64,000 nucleotides of DNA from NCBI RefSeq assembly GCF_009914755.1, contig NC_060929.1; one strand, given 5' to 3'. Below the pieces are notes generated by a model. The model did not search any database, was not told where the DNA came from, and was given only the letters and a program-made list of their open reading frames with translations. The stretch comes from the human T2T-CHM13v2.0 reference genome, Homo sapiens. Positions 1 to 15,980 of this stretch are shown here, piece after piece; the first letter of the stretch is position 1; the number at the start of each line of letters is the position of its first letter. A program made the translations under genes and the position numbers.

Positions 1-1555
1 ATGAAGTTGTGAGTAAGGCACTCACAATTCATGGACAGACAAGGAATCACAAAAAAGAAAACAACCAGAGAGTATCTATATGAGCACAAGTGCAAAAATG
101 TTAATAAAATGTTAAAAAGATTTATTCCAGCAATATTTTATTGAAATATAAACCATGATCAAGTGAGCTTTATGACAAAAAGGCAAGATTTGTTTAATAT
201 TTTAAAATTATCTCAATAGATGCAGAAAAATTATTTGGAAAATTTAATATTCATAACTAAATAAATGATAAAAAGGATTAAAACTTTTGTCAATAAATAA
301 TAAAAGGGATCTTCTTTATTACAAAGTCAACAGCTAACATCATATAGATTATGAAAGACTGTACACTTTCCTTGTGAAAACTGGGAAAAAGGCGATTTTC
401 ACTCCTACTCTTCAATACCATAATGGAGATTCTGTTCAGCAAAATGAGGCAAGAAAAAGTCATACAGATCTGAAAACTGAATTAAGACTTTTTATCCACA
501 GACAACATGATCATTTATGTGGAAAATGTTATAAAATCCAAAAATGAGCTGATAAATAAGTTTAGGAAATTCATAGACTCTAAAAGATCAATATACAAAA
601 ACTAACTGTATTTCTATACAATAGAAAAAAATTGGAAATTAAAATATTTTAAAATGTTACTTATAAAAAATTAAAACTATGAAATATTTAGGTAAAAGCT
701 TAATGAAACTTTTGCAAGACTGTGCACTGAAAAAGACAAAATATTTCTGAGAGAAATAAGACCAAAATAAATGGATAGTATACTATGTTCCTGGCTCAGA
801 AGACTCAACATCACTAAGATTTCAATTCTCCCCAAATTAAAATGTATTTTCAACACAAACCAGCCAAAAATCTTCACAGGCTTTTTTTTTTTTTTGACAT
901 TAAATCAATTATTTTGTAGACAGTGAAAAGCTTCTCTGTATAGAAATTCAAAGAACCTCGAATTTCCAAAAATAATTTTGAGAAACAAGAACAAAGTTGG
1001 AGAAGTTACACAACCTGATTTTGTCTTATTATGAAAATACAGTAATGAAGCAGTGGATTCTTGGTGCCTGAGAGACATAGATCAATGGAACAGAATGGAG
1101 ACTTCAGAAATGGGCCCATGTAAATATTAAATTGATTCATGACAAAGTTGCCAAGGCAATTCAATAAGGAAAGGACAATCTTTTCCCCAGCCATACTGGA
1201 AAGACCAGCTATTCATATGCAAATAAAAGAAAAACAAATCTCAAAACTTAACACATACCACATTCGAAAATTGATTTCAAATGGAGCATAGACCTATATG
1301 TCAGAGCCAAAACTATTGAAATTCTATAAGAAAATTTATGAGAAAATTTGGAGACATAGAAAATATTCACCAATTTTAAGGGTAGGTAAAGATTTTTAAA
1401 TAGGACAGAAAAAGCACAAACTAAAGAAAATTTAATTGGACTTTGTTAAAATTTAAAACATTTGCTTTTCATAAACACTGTAAAGAAAATGATGTCAAGT
1501 CACAGTCTGGGGTAAAATATTGGCAAAATGTATATCTGGACTTCTAATCCAAATA
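1..1555 (+). mobile_element. Old LINE-1 (L1M-type) ORF2 fragment, degenerate
   Basis: A-rich, with L1 ORF2-like motifs (tctcaatagatgcagaaaaa, cagacaacatgatc, agatcaatggaacagaat) and no intact ORF; boundaries approximate. Confidence 0.8.
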
Positions 1556-1559
1556 CACA

Positions 1560-2203
1560 CGGTGGAGAAAAGGGAATGCACATACACTGTTGGTGGGAAT
1601 GTAAATTAGTACAACTTCTATGGGAAACCGTATAGAGATTTCTCAAAGAACTAAAAATAGAACTACCATTCAATGCAGCAATCCCACTACTGGGTGCCTA
1701 GTCAGAAGAATAGAAATCATTTATCAAAAAAATACCTACAACCCTATGTTTTTTGAGGCACTATTTACAATACCAAAGACGTGGAATCAACCTAAGTGCC
1801 CATCCCAACTGAATGGATAAAGAAAATGTGGTATGTAGACACAATGGAATACTATTCAGCCATGAACAATAATGAAATGTCTTTTGCAGCAACATGGGTG
1901 GAACTGAAGGCCATTATCTTAAGTGAAATAACTCAGAAACAAAAGTCAAATACTGCATATTGTCATTTATCAGTGGAAGCTAAATAAGGTGTACATATGG
2001 ACATAATGTGAAATGATAGCCATGGGAAGCTCAGAAGGGTAGGAGGTTGGGAGCAGGTAGCTGACAAGAAATTATCTAATAGGGACAATGTACCCCTATT
2101 TGGGTGATGGTTACACTAAAAGCCCTGACTTCACCACTATGCAATATATCCATATAACTAAACTGTACTTGTACCTCTTAAATTTACACAATTTTTTTTT
2201 TAA
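1560..2203 (+). mobile_element. LINE-1 3' end (L1MA-like), nested in older L1
   Basis: End of ORF2 (cacatacactgttggtgggaatgtaaattagtacaac; ORF track WIKKMWY..TMEYYSA) followed by an L1MA-type 3' UTR (gacttcaccactatgcaatatatccat). Confidence 0.85.
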
Positions 2204-2204
2204 A

Positions 2205-3270
2205 AGTAGACATCTAACCCAATTTAAAACTGGGGAAAAGATTTGAATACACTGAAAATGAATATATGCAAGTAGTCAATAAGCACATAAAAAGATGTGC
2301 AGCATCATTAATATCTGGACACTGCCGAAGAAAACCACTGAAATACTGCCACAGTAGATTAGCTAGACCCACTAGAGCTATAATTGAAAGGAATAATGGC
2401 TAAAAGGTGAGAATAAAACTAAAATGAAAGAAACTAGTGTTGGTGAGGACACGGAACAAGTGGAACTCTTACAGGTTGCTGGTGGGAATGCAAAACAGTT
2501 CAGCTGCTTTGGAAAGCAGTTTGGCAGTTTATTACAAAGATAAACATACACCAACCATATGACCCAGCATTTCTATTCCCTGGTATGTATCCTGGGAAGT
2601 ATATCTATATAAGACTTATACTAGAATGTTCATAGCTGCTTTATTCATAATACTCCCGAACTAGAGAGTTCCTAGATCTCTGTTAGCTGATGAATGGAAG
2701 ACCATTTTAATCTTATAAAAATGTACAACTCAGCAGTCAAAGGGAACAAACTACTGATCCACATAACATTTCATCCACGTAGAGGAATCTCTAAAACACT
2801 GTGCTAAGTGAAAGATGCCAGACGCAAAAGACTACATACTGTATGATTCCATTTGTATGAAATTCTACAAAAGGCAAAACTATGGGGATAGAAAGTAGAT
2901 CAATTGTTGACAGGTTCAATGGAAAGGGGAAGGGAATGACTGAAAGGGGGGATGAAGGAAGTTTATGGGGTAATGGAAATATTCTTTCTATATCATCATC
3001 GTGATAGAGGTTTATGGCCATGTGCCTTGGCAAAAACTCTTCAAATTGAACTCCTAAAATTGGTGAATATTTTGTGTGTAATTTATACTTCAATAAAGCT
3101 AATTCTTTTTAAAGTAAAAGATGGAAAAGATATCCTATGCAAACACTAATCCAAAAATTTGGGATGACTATATTAATATCAGACAAAGTAGATTTCCAAA
3201 CAAGGAATAAATGAATAAAGAGGGCCACTTTGTAATACTAAAGGGATTAATTCATCAAGGGGACATATTA
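2205..3270 (+). mobile_element. Old LINE-1 (L1MD/ME-like) 3' region plus a short ORF2 5' fragment
   Basis: tgctggtgggaatgcaaaa, actacatactgtatgattccattt, tatacttcaataaag; then ctatattaatatcagacaaagtagattt. Confidence 0.7.
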
Positions 3271-5154
3271 AAGTTTACTTGACTGCCTATCTAGTTATTT
3301 TTATAGCTCTTAAAATAGATCTTCCTGGCATTCGTTTACTTCTCTGCAGAAAGTGAGGTTCTCAAATGATTTTTTTATATTGTCTTAGTGTATTTTGGAG
3401 TAGGGAAGCTTTTCTTTTCCCAAATCATGTGTCAGAATGTTTCAGGCCAATTTCTTGAGTTCTACTGTAATTATTTTGGCTGACTTTTTTCATCTGCTAG
3501 ATGTGTTATTAATTGTCTTTTATTCAGAAATCTGAAACTTACTGACTTCATGATGGATTTCTAATGTTACTCAGTAAAAAAGTAATTAAATATGTGTAAA
3601 AATTTCTTTCACTTTACCACATATTTTAAAAGATTTCCAAAATGTGTAATATTAGAATATTAATACATATATTAATATATTTTATAATTTATTATTGATG
3701 TTATATTTGACATTTTAAATTATTATTTATGTAATATTAACATTAATGCATAGAACAAGTGTTATGATATTTAGAAAGATTAACAAACTTTTATCACCAC
3801 AATTGACCAAAACGATGGCCAAAACAGCTATGCCTTCAGGATGACTGTGAAATCTTGGAGCTCTTCCCCTTTCAAAATGTGACGATGTGGTTATCAAAGA
3901 ACTCCCCGCAGCCCTCCCTTCTTTGCCAATCATGTCCTTTTTCTCCAAAATGAATCCTCATGCTCTGTTACTACCACGGTTGTGAGCATCATGGTATCAG
4001 GTTATCTGCTACCATGGATCCTGACCACATGCCAGCATTGCCTGAATTCCTACTCCCAAATTCCTCTCACTCTAGCCTGTTCTCCTTCCTGGTCACGTCC
4101 GTGCTCTTTCCAAGCTTTGACCACAGAATTCTCCTTTGTGTATCTCAACCTCCTCTTCCTGCCCAGCTGATGATAGCATAGTGCAGTGGATTTGTAACTC
4201 ACCTTTGCCTTGTGAGACTTACAAAACATACTTTCTTTAAAAAGCAGAGATGAACTCTTTTGAAACGAGTGTAATTCACATGCCTACTGAAGTCATCCAA
4301 TCACTTGAATTGGAGAAAATGCAAATTGGCTTTAACCCACACGTTGTGGGAAGTCCAAAGCCTCCCTATATTTGCCACTTCCCGGGGGGCTCATGTTCTT
4401 CTGGTTCCCACCAAACTCTTGTTCTCACCTCCCAGCATTTCTCTTATTTCTCTGCTTCATACTGAATTAAATATAGAACATCACTCATTTTCTGTGATCC
4501 CGCTCACCCCAATAAAAACACTCACACCTAGCATTTAAAATTGTGGCAGATCTTGCAAATGGAGAGGTTTTATTTTCCAACATTACTCAGCTCCTCCACT
4601 CACTCCAAACCCCTCTCACATTTTTCCCTTCCCTCCATTTTTCTAGATCTCAGCCTTTAAGAGACTCCAGGAAACTCCTCCCCCTTCATTTGCCCATGCA
4701 AAGTAAAGCTCAAGACCCTCTTAATCAGCTTAGGGCTATCCTACATATCTAGAGAGGAAATACCTAATGCAACCTAAATAGAAATAAAGCTCCCTGAGAC
4801 ACGATTCTATGATAGATGTTATTTCTATTTTCTATCTTGTTACTAAGGACACAATGATCAAGCTTGTAATAGATGAGCAGAAGTTCTCCTGATTCAGTTA
4901 TTCTGCTATAGTAATACCCAGGGAGGCTTTATACATAAGGATGCTATCTAGTTAACTAAATATTGTAGTCAGGCTCTTTGCTGACCTTTGTGAATGTGGC
5001 TCAGAACTGACGAACTGCACATACAAAACTAAAAATACTGGCACTCCTTGACCTTCAAAGATCATGTAGCTACTTGTATTTCTTACATTATGAAAAACCA
5101 CATCCTCATTTTAGAATAAGAACTAGTTATATATAAGAGACACTAAAGGATTTA

Positions 5155-5471
5155 CACGTTGAGTATCCCTTATCCAAAATGCTTGGGACCAGGAGTGTTT
5201 CACATTTGGCATTTTGGAATATTTGCATCTACAGAGTGAGACATCTTGGGGAGGAGATTCCAGTTTAAACATGAAGTTCATTTATGCATCATATATATCT
5301 TACATAGTCTGAAAGTAATTTTATATATAATGTCTTGGGTAATTTTGTGCATGAAACAAAGTTTTGGCTGTGTTTTCACTTCGACTCATTACGTGAGGTC
5401 AGGTGTGGGATTTTCCACTTGTGGCCTCATGGCAGCACTCAAACAGTTTCCGAGTTTGGATGTCCCACCTG
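5155..5471 (+). mobile_element. TcMar-Tigger non-autonomous DNA transposon (Tigger4/MER46-like)
   Basis: Begins ca(c)gttgagtatcccttatccaaaatgcttgggacc, ends ..cacctg; TA on both sides (5153-5154, 5472-5473). Confidence 0.8.
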
Positions 5472-5807
5472 TATTGCGGTTGCCAATATCATCTTGAGTT
5501 TCCTCAAATGAAAAATGAAAGAATAATAGCTCTGGTATAGTTTTCATTGTCTTCTGAGTGGTCTAATTTCTTTTTTTGCCTTCTGATTACTTTTTTTCCC
5601 CAAAGCATGGTCTTCATGGAGGGTCTTTTTCTTAATTTGGGTACTTACTTGTTACTAATCAGAGATATCTTCTGATCTCTTGTTTTTAACCTGACAATTG
5701 AGCTGCAGCTTTCTGTTTCAATCTACCCTAAATCTTTCGTGTGTCTACAATCTCTATGATGTGTATCCTCTCTGCAAGACCAGGGTTCTCCTAAGCCCTG
5801 CAATAAT

Positions 5808-5848
5808 TCTCTCTCTCTCTCTCTGTGAGTGTGTGTGTGTGTGTGTGT
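5808..5848. repeat. Compound (CT)n(GT)n microsatellite
   Basis: Directly visible. Confidence 0.95.
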
Positions 5849-6865
5849 TGAGATAAAGGGCTGGCAAAAAATAAACTCTACTGGGAGTCCAGATTTGAAG
5901 TTAATGTACCGGCTGTGCACCCTCATGATAATTTTTGTATTATAGGACTTTTTAAAATAATAAGAGGTAATGTCTATTCAGCCACTCCATCCTAAGCTTG
6001 GATGATTAGGAGTTAGAATATGAAGCAGGATAGATGTGGCTCTCCCTCTGCCTCCAAGTTTGTTCCCGAGCCAACCTGGCTGTGAGAATACAGCACAACA
6101 TTCATTATTCATGGGAGGATCTTATTAGTATTTATTGGTAGTAGTATCACTATTCATGCTGATCTATTTTTGACAAATCTGCTTTCTATTTATCTTAATG
6201 TAATAAAATTTTTAGTAGAATAAATGCTTTATATTATTGGAAAAGCTTATATTTACATAATGCCAAGCATAATTTTTCCAAATTACACCATTAAGATAAA
6301 TAGTGTATTGTAATTGATATCAAGTAGCGTTTGTTTAAATCTCACCCCTCATTCAAAGTTATTAGTTACTTTACTGAAAAAATATATCCAAAGGTTTATG
6401 TTTTCAGGCTCAGCAATTTTCTCTTGAATCATGATGGCATTAGGATCTTAGCTCAAGGGCTTAATGTGTGCCCACCTTGAGGACTCAGACACATGGATTT
6501 TTTGCTATGTCTTGTGGGTCTGGTCTTTAAGTGTTCTCTCTACACAGGAAAGAGCCTCCAAGTAAAGAAGTCATCCTATGGAAAGATAAAATGAAGGAGT
6601 TGTGAGATCTGTCTGTAACAATTGATTAGTGACAGAGGGGAAATTAACTCTACTACTCAGACTTCTCTGGGAACAGTGGAAGGTATATTTTTCTGGGGTC
6701 CACATCATGATGGTGGGAAAAATACAGGCACAGAACGCAGCCCTCAGTTCAGCGGGTGAGGACACTAGGATAATGGACCTGGGAGACCAATATGTGAGAA
6801 GTAGAATCATAGTGGCCCAAGGCAGAGAGCCTGACCTTCAGTTTGTCCCAACATGGGTGGAGGGG

Positions 6866-7720
<855 letters not shown>

Positions 7721-7878
7721 CCCAGGGCCTCCACATGTATCTGCACTTTATGGTAGACTGAATAATGGTCCCTCCTAGGACGTCCACATCCAAATCCCCC
7801 AAACTTGTGAATATGTCACCTTGCACAGTAAGAGAGGTTTTGTGAAAGTGATTAGACTAAGGATGTTTAGTTGCTGGG

Positions 7879-8591
7879 TGATATCGTTTGAATATATGTC
7901 CCTGTCAAATCTCATGTTAAACTGTAAGCCCCAGTATTGGAGGTGGGGCCTGGTGGGAGGACTTTGGGTCATGGGTGTGGGTCCTTCATGGCTTGGCGCT
8001 GTCCTGGCAATAGTGAGTTCTCTGGAGATCTGGTTGTTTAAAAGTATGTGGCGCCTCCCTGACCTCCCACAGCCCCCTCCTCTCTCTCTTGCTCCTGCTC
8101 TCCCCATGTGATGTTCCTGCTCCTGCTTCCACTGAAAAGTCCCTAAAGCTTCCACAGAAGCTGAGCAGATATTGGCATCATGCTGATACAGCCTGCAAAA
8201 CCCTGAGCCAATTAAACCACTTTGCTGGCCAGGTGTGGTGGCTCATGCCTGTGATCCCAGCACTTTGGGAGGCCGAGGTGGACAGATCACCTGAGGCCAG
8301 GAGTTCCAGTCCAGCCTTGCCAACATGGTGAAACTCTGTCTCTACTAAAAATACAAAGATTAATTGGGCATGGTGGTGGATGCCTGTAATTCCAGCTACT
8401 CCGGAGGATGAGGCACGAGACTCACTTGAACCTGGGAGGCAGAGGTTGCAGTGAGCTGAGATCATGCCACTGCACTCCTGCCTGAGAGATAAGAGTAAAA
8501 CTCTGTCTCAAAAAAATAAAAACACCATTTTGCTCTATAAATTACCCAGTCTCAGGTATTTCTTTATAGCAACACAGAATGACCTAACACA
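7879..8591 (+). mobile_element. MSTB-like MaLR LTR containing an Alu
   Basis: tgatatcgtttgaatat..aaatctcatgtt..ggaggtggggcctggtgggagg..aattacccagtctcaggtatttctttatagcaac..aacaca. Confidence 0.85.
8227..8522 (+). mobile_element. Alu (AluS-like)
   Basis: Full dimer with A tail; imperfect TSD acca(c/t)tttgct. Confidence 0.95.
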
Positions 8592-11021
8592 GAGGGAGGG
8601 ATTATCCTGGATTATCTGGATAAATCAAATAGAATCACAAGAGTCCTTATTAGAGGAAGGCAGGAGGATCAGGGTCTGAATGAGAAGGTGTAAGATTGGA
8701 AGCCGAGATCAGAGAGCGAGGAGGATGCTGAAGATGGTGGGAGCCAGGGAATGCAGGCAGCCCCTAGAAGCTGGAAGCAGGCAGGGAAATGGATTCTCCC
8801 CTACCCCTAGAGCATTTAGAGAGAAGGTGGGCTTTCTGACACCCTGATTTCAGCCCTGTGAAAATGATTTCGCATGTCAGACCTCCAGAACTATAAAATA
8901 ACACATTTGCAATGTTTTAAACCACTAAGTTTATCGTACTCTCTACAGAGCAATACAAATGAATCGACATTTCATGCTGACAGGGGACACCTTCCATGTG
9001 GCGTCTGATCTGAATGGTGCCCTGGAGTAGCACAGTGTGACCTTCTTTCTGGGCTTGGTGTGAGGCAAAGGCCAGGAAAGCTGTGTTGTGAAGGAGTCGA
9101 AGAGTCAAGTTATCTCCTCCTTCCGTTGAGCACAAGGGAGGGGCCTCTTTCCCCTACCTGGGCAATCAGGAAGCAGGTGTTGAGTGCTTCCTAAGTATGG
9201 AAAACTACACCGTTTTCTGCAGCATAGACATACACTGAGTCAGATGAAGGTGAAGGTGCTATTTGATTGAAGAGCCAGGAAAGACACCAGAAGTAGTGCC
9301 AGATGGGAAGACAAGAACTAGGGACCTTACATAATTATTTCCTCTGCGGAGGGGAAACATCTCACAGTGTAAATCTTCGGAGAGTGCCTCAGGGGAATAC
9401 TCTGTCACTCTCAATGTCATCTGTCTCTTCCATTCCTCTCTTCTTTCTCCATTTTCACTTCAAACTCAAGGTCCCTCTCAGTCTGGTGACCCCACAGGTC
9501 CCTCAAAAACCCCATTGAGCTATCTGCAAAAGGAGTCCTGACCGCCTTCCCCAGGGCAGGATTTGCAGACTCTCATTCTTCAGGTGGCAGCGCATTGCTT
9601 TCCTGAGCCTATTGCTCCAAGAGAATCAAAATGTGGGCTCTTGTCCCCCAAGTGGAGGGGAAGATGGGTGCTTTGTGTCCGCTTTGGTCTCACTGACAAC
9701 AGGGAATAAGGTCAGCTGACCTCCAAGTGGCTTATGAAAAAATCTACCCCACCTTAAGTTTGTGTTTCTCTGAAAGAGTGCTCTACCTGAATTACATGGG
9801 GCAAGATTTTCCCACCACCAGGACTTAGGACTTTATCCCTTAGGTAAATATCACAAAGGTGGACTCTGCTAGGGAGCAAGTAACTCTTTGCCATGACCCT
9901 TTGCTAAGGGGCTCCCACATTAGCAGAGAATAATCCAGACACAGCCATCCAGGATGCATGGCACCATCTCCATTGATGCTTTCTGATTCTCAAATTTCTC
10001 TCCTGATAGGAGGCCAGGGGTGTCTCAGGACTTCACCCAAAGGAGAAATGACAGAGCACAGAGAGTAAGAATCAGTAGGCTTACCATGGGAGCTAAGGAA
10101 TGAGAATATGTACTTGCATGAAACAGCCCCAGAAAATGACTTTCTGAACTAGCTGGGAAGAATTTAAAGGAGGCTAAATTTCTTGCAATCCTGTGGCAAG
10201 GCCTGAGTCAGAAAAATACTTCTTGTTGCTGTTCCTTCAAAACTGTTTTTCCCCCAGGCTGCTTTATCTGGAGAAACATATGTTAAATATACTATTTTTC
10301 ATGACAAACTGATAAATCTAATTGTTTGCAATTTGCTTCTTTTTTATTTTTCCTCAAATTTTTATTCATTGAAACAACATATTGTAATAACAATAAAAGA
10401 AATAAGGATGGAGGAAATTACCCAGAAATCTGCCTATGAAAGCAGGTCTTTTGATTTTCCATGTTTTCTCCCAGGAATTATCTATATGCTGGTGACGCTA
10501 TTCTAATGTTACACTCCAGAATGAAAGATTTGAAAGAAAGATGGAGTCTACTTCTAAAGTTGTGAGACATTGCCACATCATTTCAAATCTTGGGTTTCAG
10601 TTACCTCGTATTTAAAATGAGAAAACTGGACTAATTGATTTTTTAAATGGATCCTTCCAGTTCTAAAATCATTGATACTTTTATATTTACAACAGAATGA
10701 GTTGTACTTGTAGGCATCATATATGGGGGACTGGACATTTTTGAAAGCTGAGAGAATGGTACTGGCAAGTAAAAATGGCAATTAGCAATGCCACAGACAA
10801 TAGACAGGAGCAGAAACTGAAACTCAATAGCAACGTTTTGATAAACATACTTAAAAATAACTACTCCTTTTGTTCTAATTCTACAAGTCCCCAAGCTTGT
10901 TTGCAAAGCTTAAAGTTTTTTGAAATGCAGCTACTGTCATGAAATATACCTATTATTAACTACAGAAATATTATATTAATGTCATTAAAGATCAGTGAAT
11001 GATGTTCTTTTTTTAAGATTT

Positions 11022-12126
11022 GCTGATTGAATGCTGTACACTTTAGAATGGTGTTAGAGCAAAGTAGCTGTTGCCCCAATACTGGACTGCTGTTCAAGGC
11101 ATGCTTTTATTTTGCCTGTTTTGGCTAATACTTTGAACCAAGATATTCTGGCAATAAGAATGGGATCTTATATTTAAAGAGATAAAAATAACAGTGGGTA
11201 CAAATCATTCAAGTGCTTTTGCAGGCAGTGGAGTATGTCCTCTCCCCAGCAATTTGAAGAGAACCTATGCTTAAATAAATGATGGCAGACCTATTACAGA
11301 GTACAATACCTGTCGGTAAACCTGGTCCTAAATTTCATGCGCTGCAAGACTTCCTATATTGAAGCTGAAAGCATGAACGACACGGGGCCAGATAATTATG
11401 CTGTTATGTGAATTAAATTATACACAGGAAGTCCTTCCTTTGCCCAGTACTCTGTTAACTGAAATGTGTGCACATCAGAATTATGCCTTTTCTTTGCATG
11501 GTTCCCTATTAATGAAGATTAAATCTCAGGGACCATAGAATTGTGCAAAGTGAGGATACAGTTCCAATGAACTGTGTAAAGTGAGGGTTGTTTGTACTAC
11601 AATTTGGGCTCTCAAGCTCTATTTCAGTCTTATGAACTTGTAACATTAGTGTAAACACAAGATTTACCAGCATTATTAATCTTTGTTTTGTTGAGAAATC
11701 TAAGGTCTGTAACCAGGACTAATGCATGGTAAGGGTCAACTTAGTTTTATTACCAAACGCTGCTGTCAACATATGAATTTTGGCAATTTATTGGATGTTT
11801 TAGTGCCTGTGGAGTTTTGAATGAAGCACTTGGGATTGAGTAAATTTGATTATTATAATAAAATAAGAAATGATATTATACTAAATTGACAATAAACTGT
11901 AATTCAAGCACCAACTTGGAGTACAGTGTTGAGAAGCATGCTGAGGTCTCTTCTTGGACTCCACGGGGCAAGTATACCCTAACGGAGTGTTTATACATCT
12001 ATTCTCTGGAAAGCAAGTATTAGCCAAAACAGGCAAAATAAAAGCATGCCTTGAACAGCAGTCCAGTATTGGGGCAACAGCTACTTTGCTCTAACACCAT
12101 TCTAAAGTGTACAGCATTCAATCAGC
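11022..12126. repeat. Perfect 112-bp inverted repeat (11022-11133 and 12015-12126), 881-bp spacer
   Basis: Manual reverse complement of 12015-12126 matches 11022-11133 at all 112 positions. Confidence 0.97.
11424..11596. mobile_element. Possible old Tigger-like MITE
   Basis: Degenerate TIRs caggaagtccttcctttgc ... gtaaagtgagggttgtttg followed by ta. Confidence 0.35.
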
Positions 12127-12174
12127 CTGGGGAACAGAGCAAGACTCTGTCTCAGAAAAAAAAAAATTAAAAAA
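12123..12174 (+). mobile_element. Orphan Alu 3' terminus (about 30 bp plus A tail)
   Basis: cagcctggggaacagagcaagactctgtctcagaaaaaaaaaaattaaaaaa; rest of the Alu is absent. Confidence 0.9.
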
Positions 12175-12599
12175 GACTATATAATTACATATCATAGTAA
12201 CACTAAATCAGCTTCTGAGGGACATGCTGTATGTAGAGAGTTCTAGGATGATTCAGATCATATTCATTCATATGTTTTGAGATATATCAAACCCTGCTCT
12301 TGCTGCAGAGGTTAAGGTGGTACCACGTGTACATTGTTAGAGGGTCACATTTGAATTTAGCACAGTACTCATAGAAGTTGTAGAAAGGCAATGACCATTC
12401 TAGGTATGTTCTATAATTTATTTTCCACAGAACACTTTGCTAAGATTACCATGAACTTTTCTCAGATGTCTCCAGAGCTGCTATCAGTCGTTTGGTTGAA
12501 CTCTGATTTCAGTAGCAGGTGCAATGGATAGTTTTATTTCAACGTGGATAACTTCATGCTGCTGATGACCAACCTCAAGCATGCACAGGATATCTTTTC

Positions 12600-13008
12600 T
12601 TGCCCATGAACCTGGTCATCTTTTCTTTGGAGGTATCATTTCTTCTCTGACACTGCAGGAGCCTGCTCAGCCAGCTGGGACACAAATATAAGAGTTGGGT
12701 TAAAGTCATGGGGGAAATCCCTCAACCAACAAGAGACTGGAGTCACTGGGCAAATATGCATGCCTCCCTGATTCAGATAAACAACTTGGGAATTATTTTA
12801 TACATTTCTCTTGAAATATCAGTGAAACCTAACCTCAACTGCCTACAATGATAACCTAAATAATGTGCCATTTTGTCAACTTTTCCTCTTTCCCTATTTC
12901 ATTCTCCCCTCTCCCTCATTCCTGATTCCTTGGATTACCTTTCACATAAATTATCTGCTCATAATGCCTTGTCTCAGGCTCTACTAAAGGGGGACTCAAA
13001 ATCAAACA
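12600..13008 (+). mobile_element. Old ERVL LTR (LTR16/LTR33-like)
   Basis: Ends ccttgtctcaggctctactaaagggggactcaaaatcaaaca, similar to the LTR16/33 3' terminus; 5' boundary uncertain. Confidence 0.55.
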
Positions 13009-13239
13009 GTACACTCTAAAATTGCAAGTATCGAACAGTTAATGTTGCCGAAAGCAACATTTATAAATGGAAAGTCCCAGATCATGCTTCGTGTGGAATA
13101 TTATACTTTTTATCAATGGAAACAGTGTAAGATCCTGCTAAGAAGGCATAGTTTGAGTCAAAACTGCACATTGACTGCCCATGCCTGCTTGCCATTTCGA
13201 TACAAATTTAGGAATGACAGAAAAGAGATCCTTTGTTTA

Positions 13240-13583
13240 TGCAGCCATAAAAAGAATGAAATCAGTGTTTTGCAGCAACATAGATGGAGCTGGTGGCCAT
13301 TATCCTAAGTGAGCTAATTCAGAAGCAAAAAATCAAATATTTCATGTTCTCATTTATATGTGGGAGCTAAACAATGAGTATACATGGACATAAAAATGAA
13401 AATAATAGACACTAGGGACACCAAAAAGTGGAGGTAGGGAGGAGGGTGAGGATTGAAAGACTATCTATTGAATAAAATGTTCAATATTTGGGTAATGGGT
13501 ACACTAGAAGCCCGATTACCACATACACCCTTGTAAGAAACATGTACATGTACTCCCCATTGAATCTAAATTTTTTTAAAAAA
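13240..13583 (+). mobile_element. LINE-1 3' end (L1PB/L1MA-like), 5'-truncated
   Basis: gcagccataaaaagaatgaaatc..gttctcatttatatgtgggagctaaac..tgaatctaaa. Confidence 0.85.
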
Positions 13584-14043
13584 GAGAATTCCATTGATGG
13601 ATCAAATTTTGGAGGAATCTTTGGTCAACAGAGATAGACAAGTGTGACAGCACCAAAGCCAATAGCATATGCCAAAGGTCAGGGGGCTTCCATAGAAGCT
13701 CTAAGCCCAGAGATGGGAGGGACAAAGAGCAGGAAGGGAAAAGACAGCAATTCTCTGTGCAATGGTTTTGGTAAACCACAGGAGCAACTAAGAAGTCTGG
13801 CCCTTGTCCCTCCCCTCCCCTATCTTTAGCTTATATCTAATGTTATGGTAGACACAAGGGTTCTAGAGCAGTTAGCAGGGCACTAGATCCAGAGAATTTG
13901 AGCAATGTCGACATGTCTGAGGATACCCATAGAAGATGGAGACCATCCACGCCAGGCAACAAGGTACTGGCACAACCAAGCAGAATGAGATCCTCCTTCT
14001 TAGCAGGATCTTATATTGTTTCTGTTGATATAAAGTAGAATAT

Positions 14044-15980
<1,937 letters not shown>

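Larger units (their letters stand above)
7750..8970 (+). mobile_element. MLT1 (MaLR) LTR split by a nested MST LTR
   Basis: 5' part ggtagactgaataatggtccc..gaatatgtcaccttgcacagtaa; resumes near 8592 with gattatcctggattatctgg..gacctccagaactataa. Confidence 0.75.

Noticed and set aside
3645-3750. AT-rich quasi-palindromic stretch
   Set aside because: Low-complexity AT sequence whose self-complementarity is expected from composition.
11022-12126. The 112-bp inverted repeat as TIRs of a young DNA transposon
   Set aside because: No TSD, no transposase remnant, the right end is fused to an Alu fragment, and DNA transposons have long been inactive in anthropoid primates.
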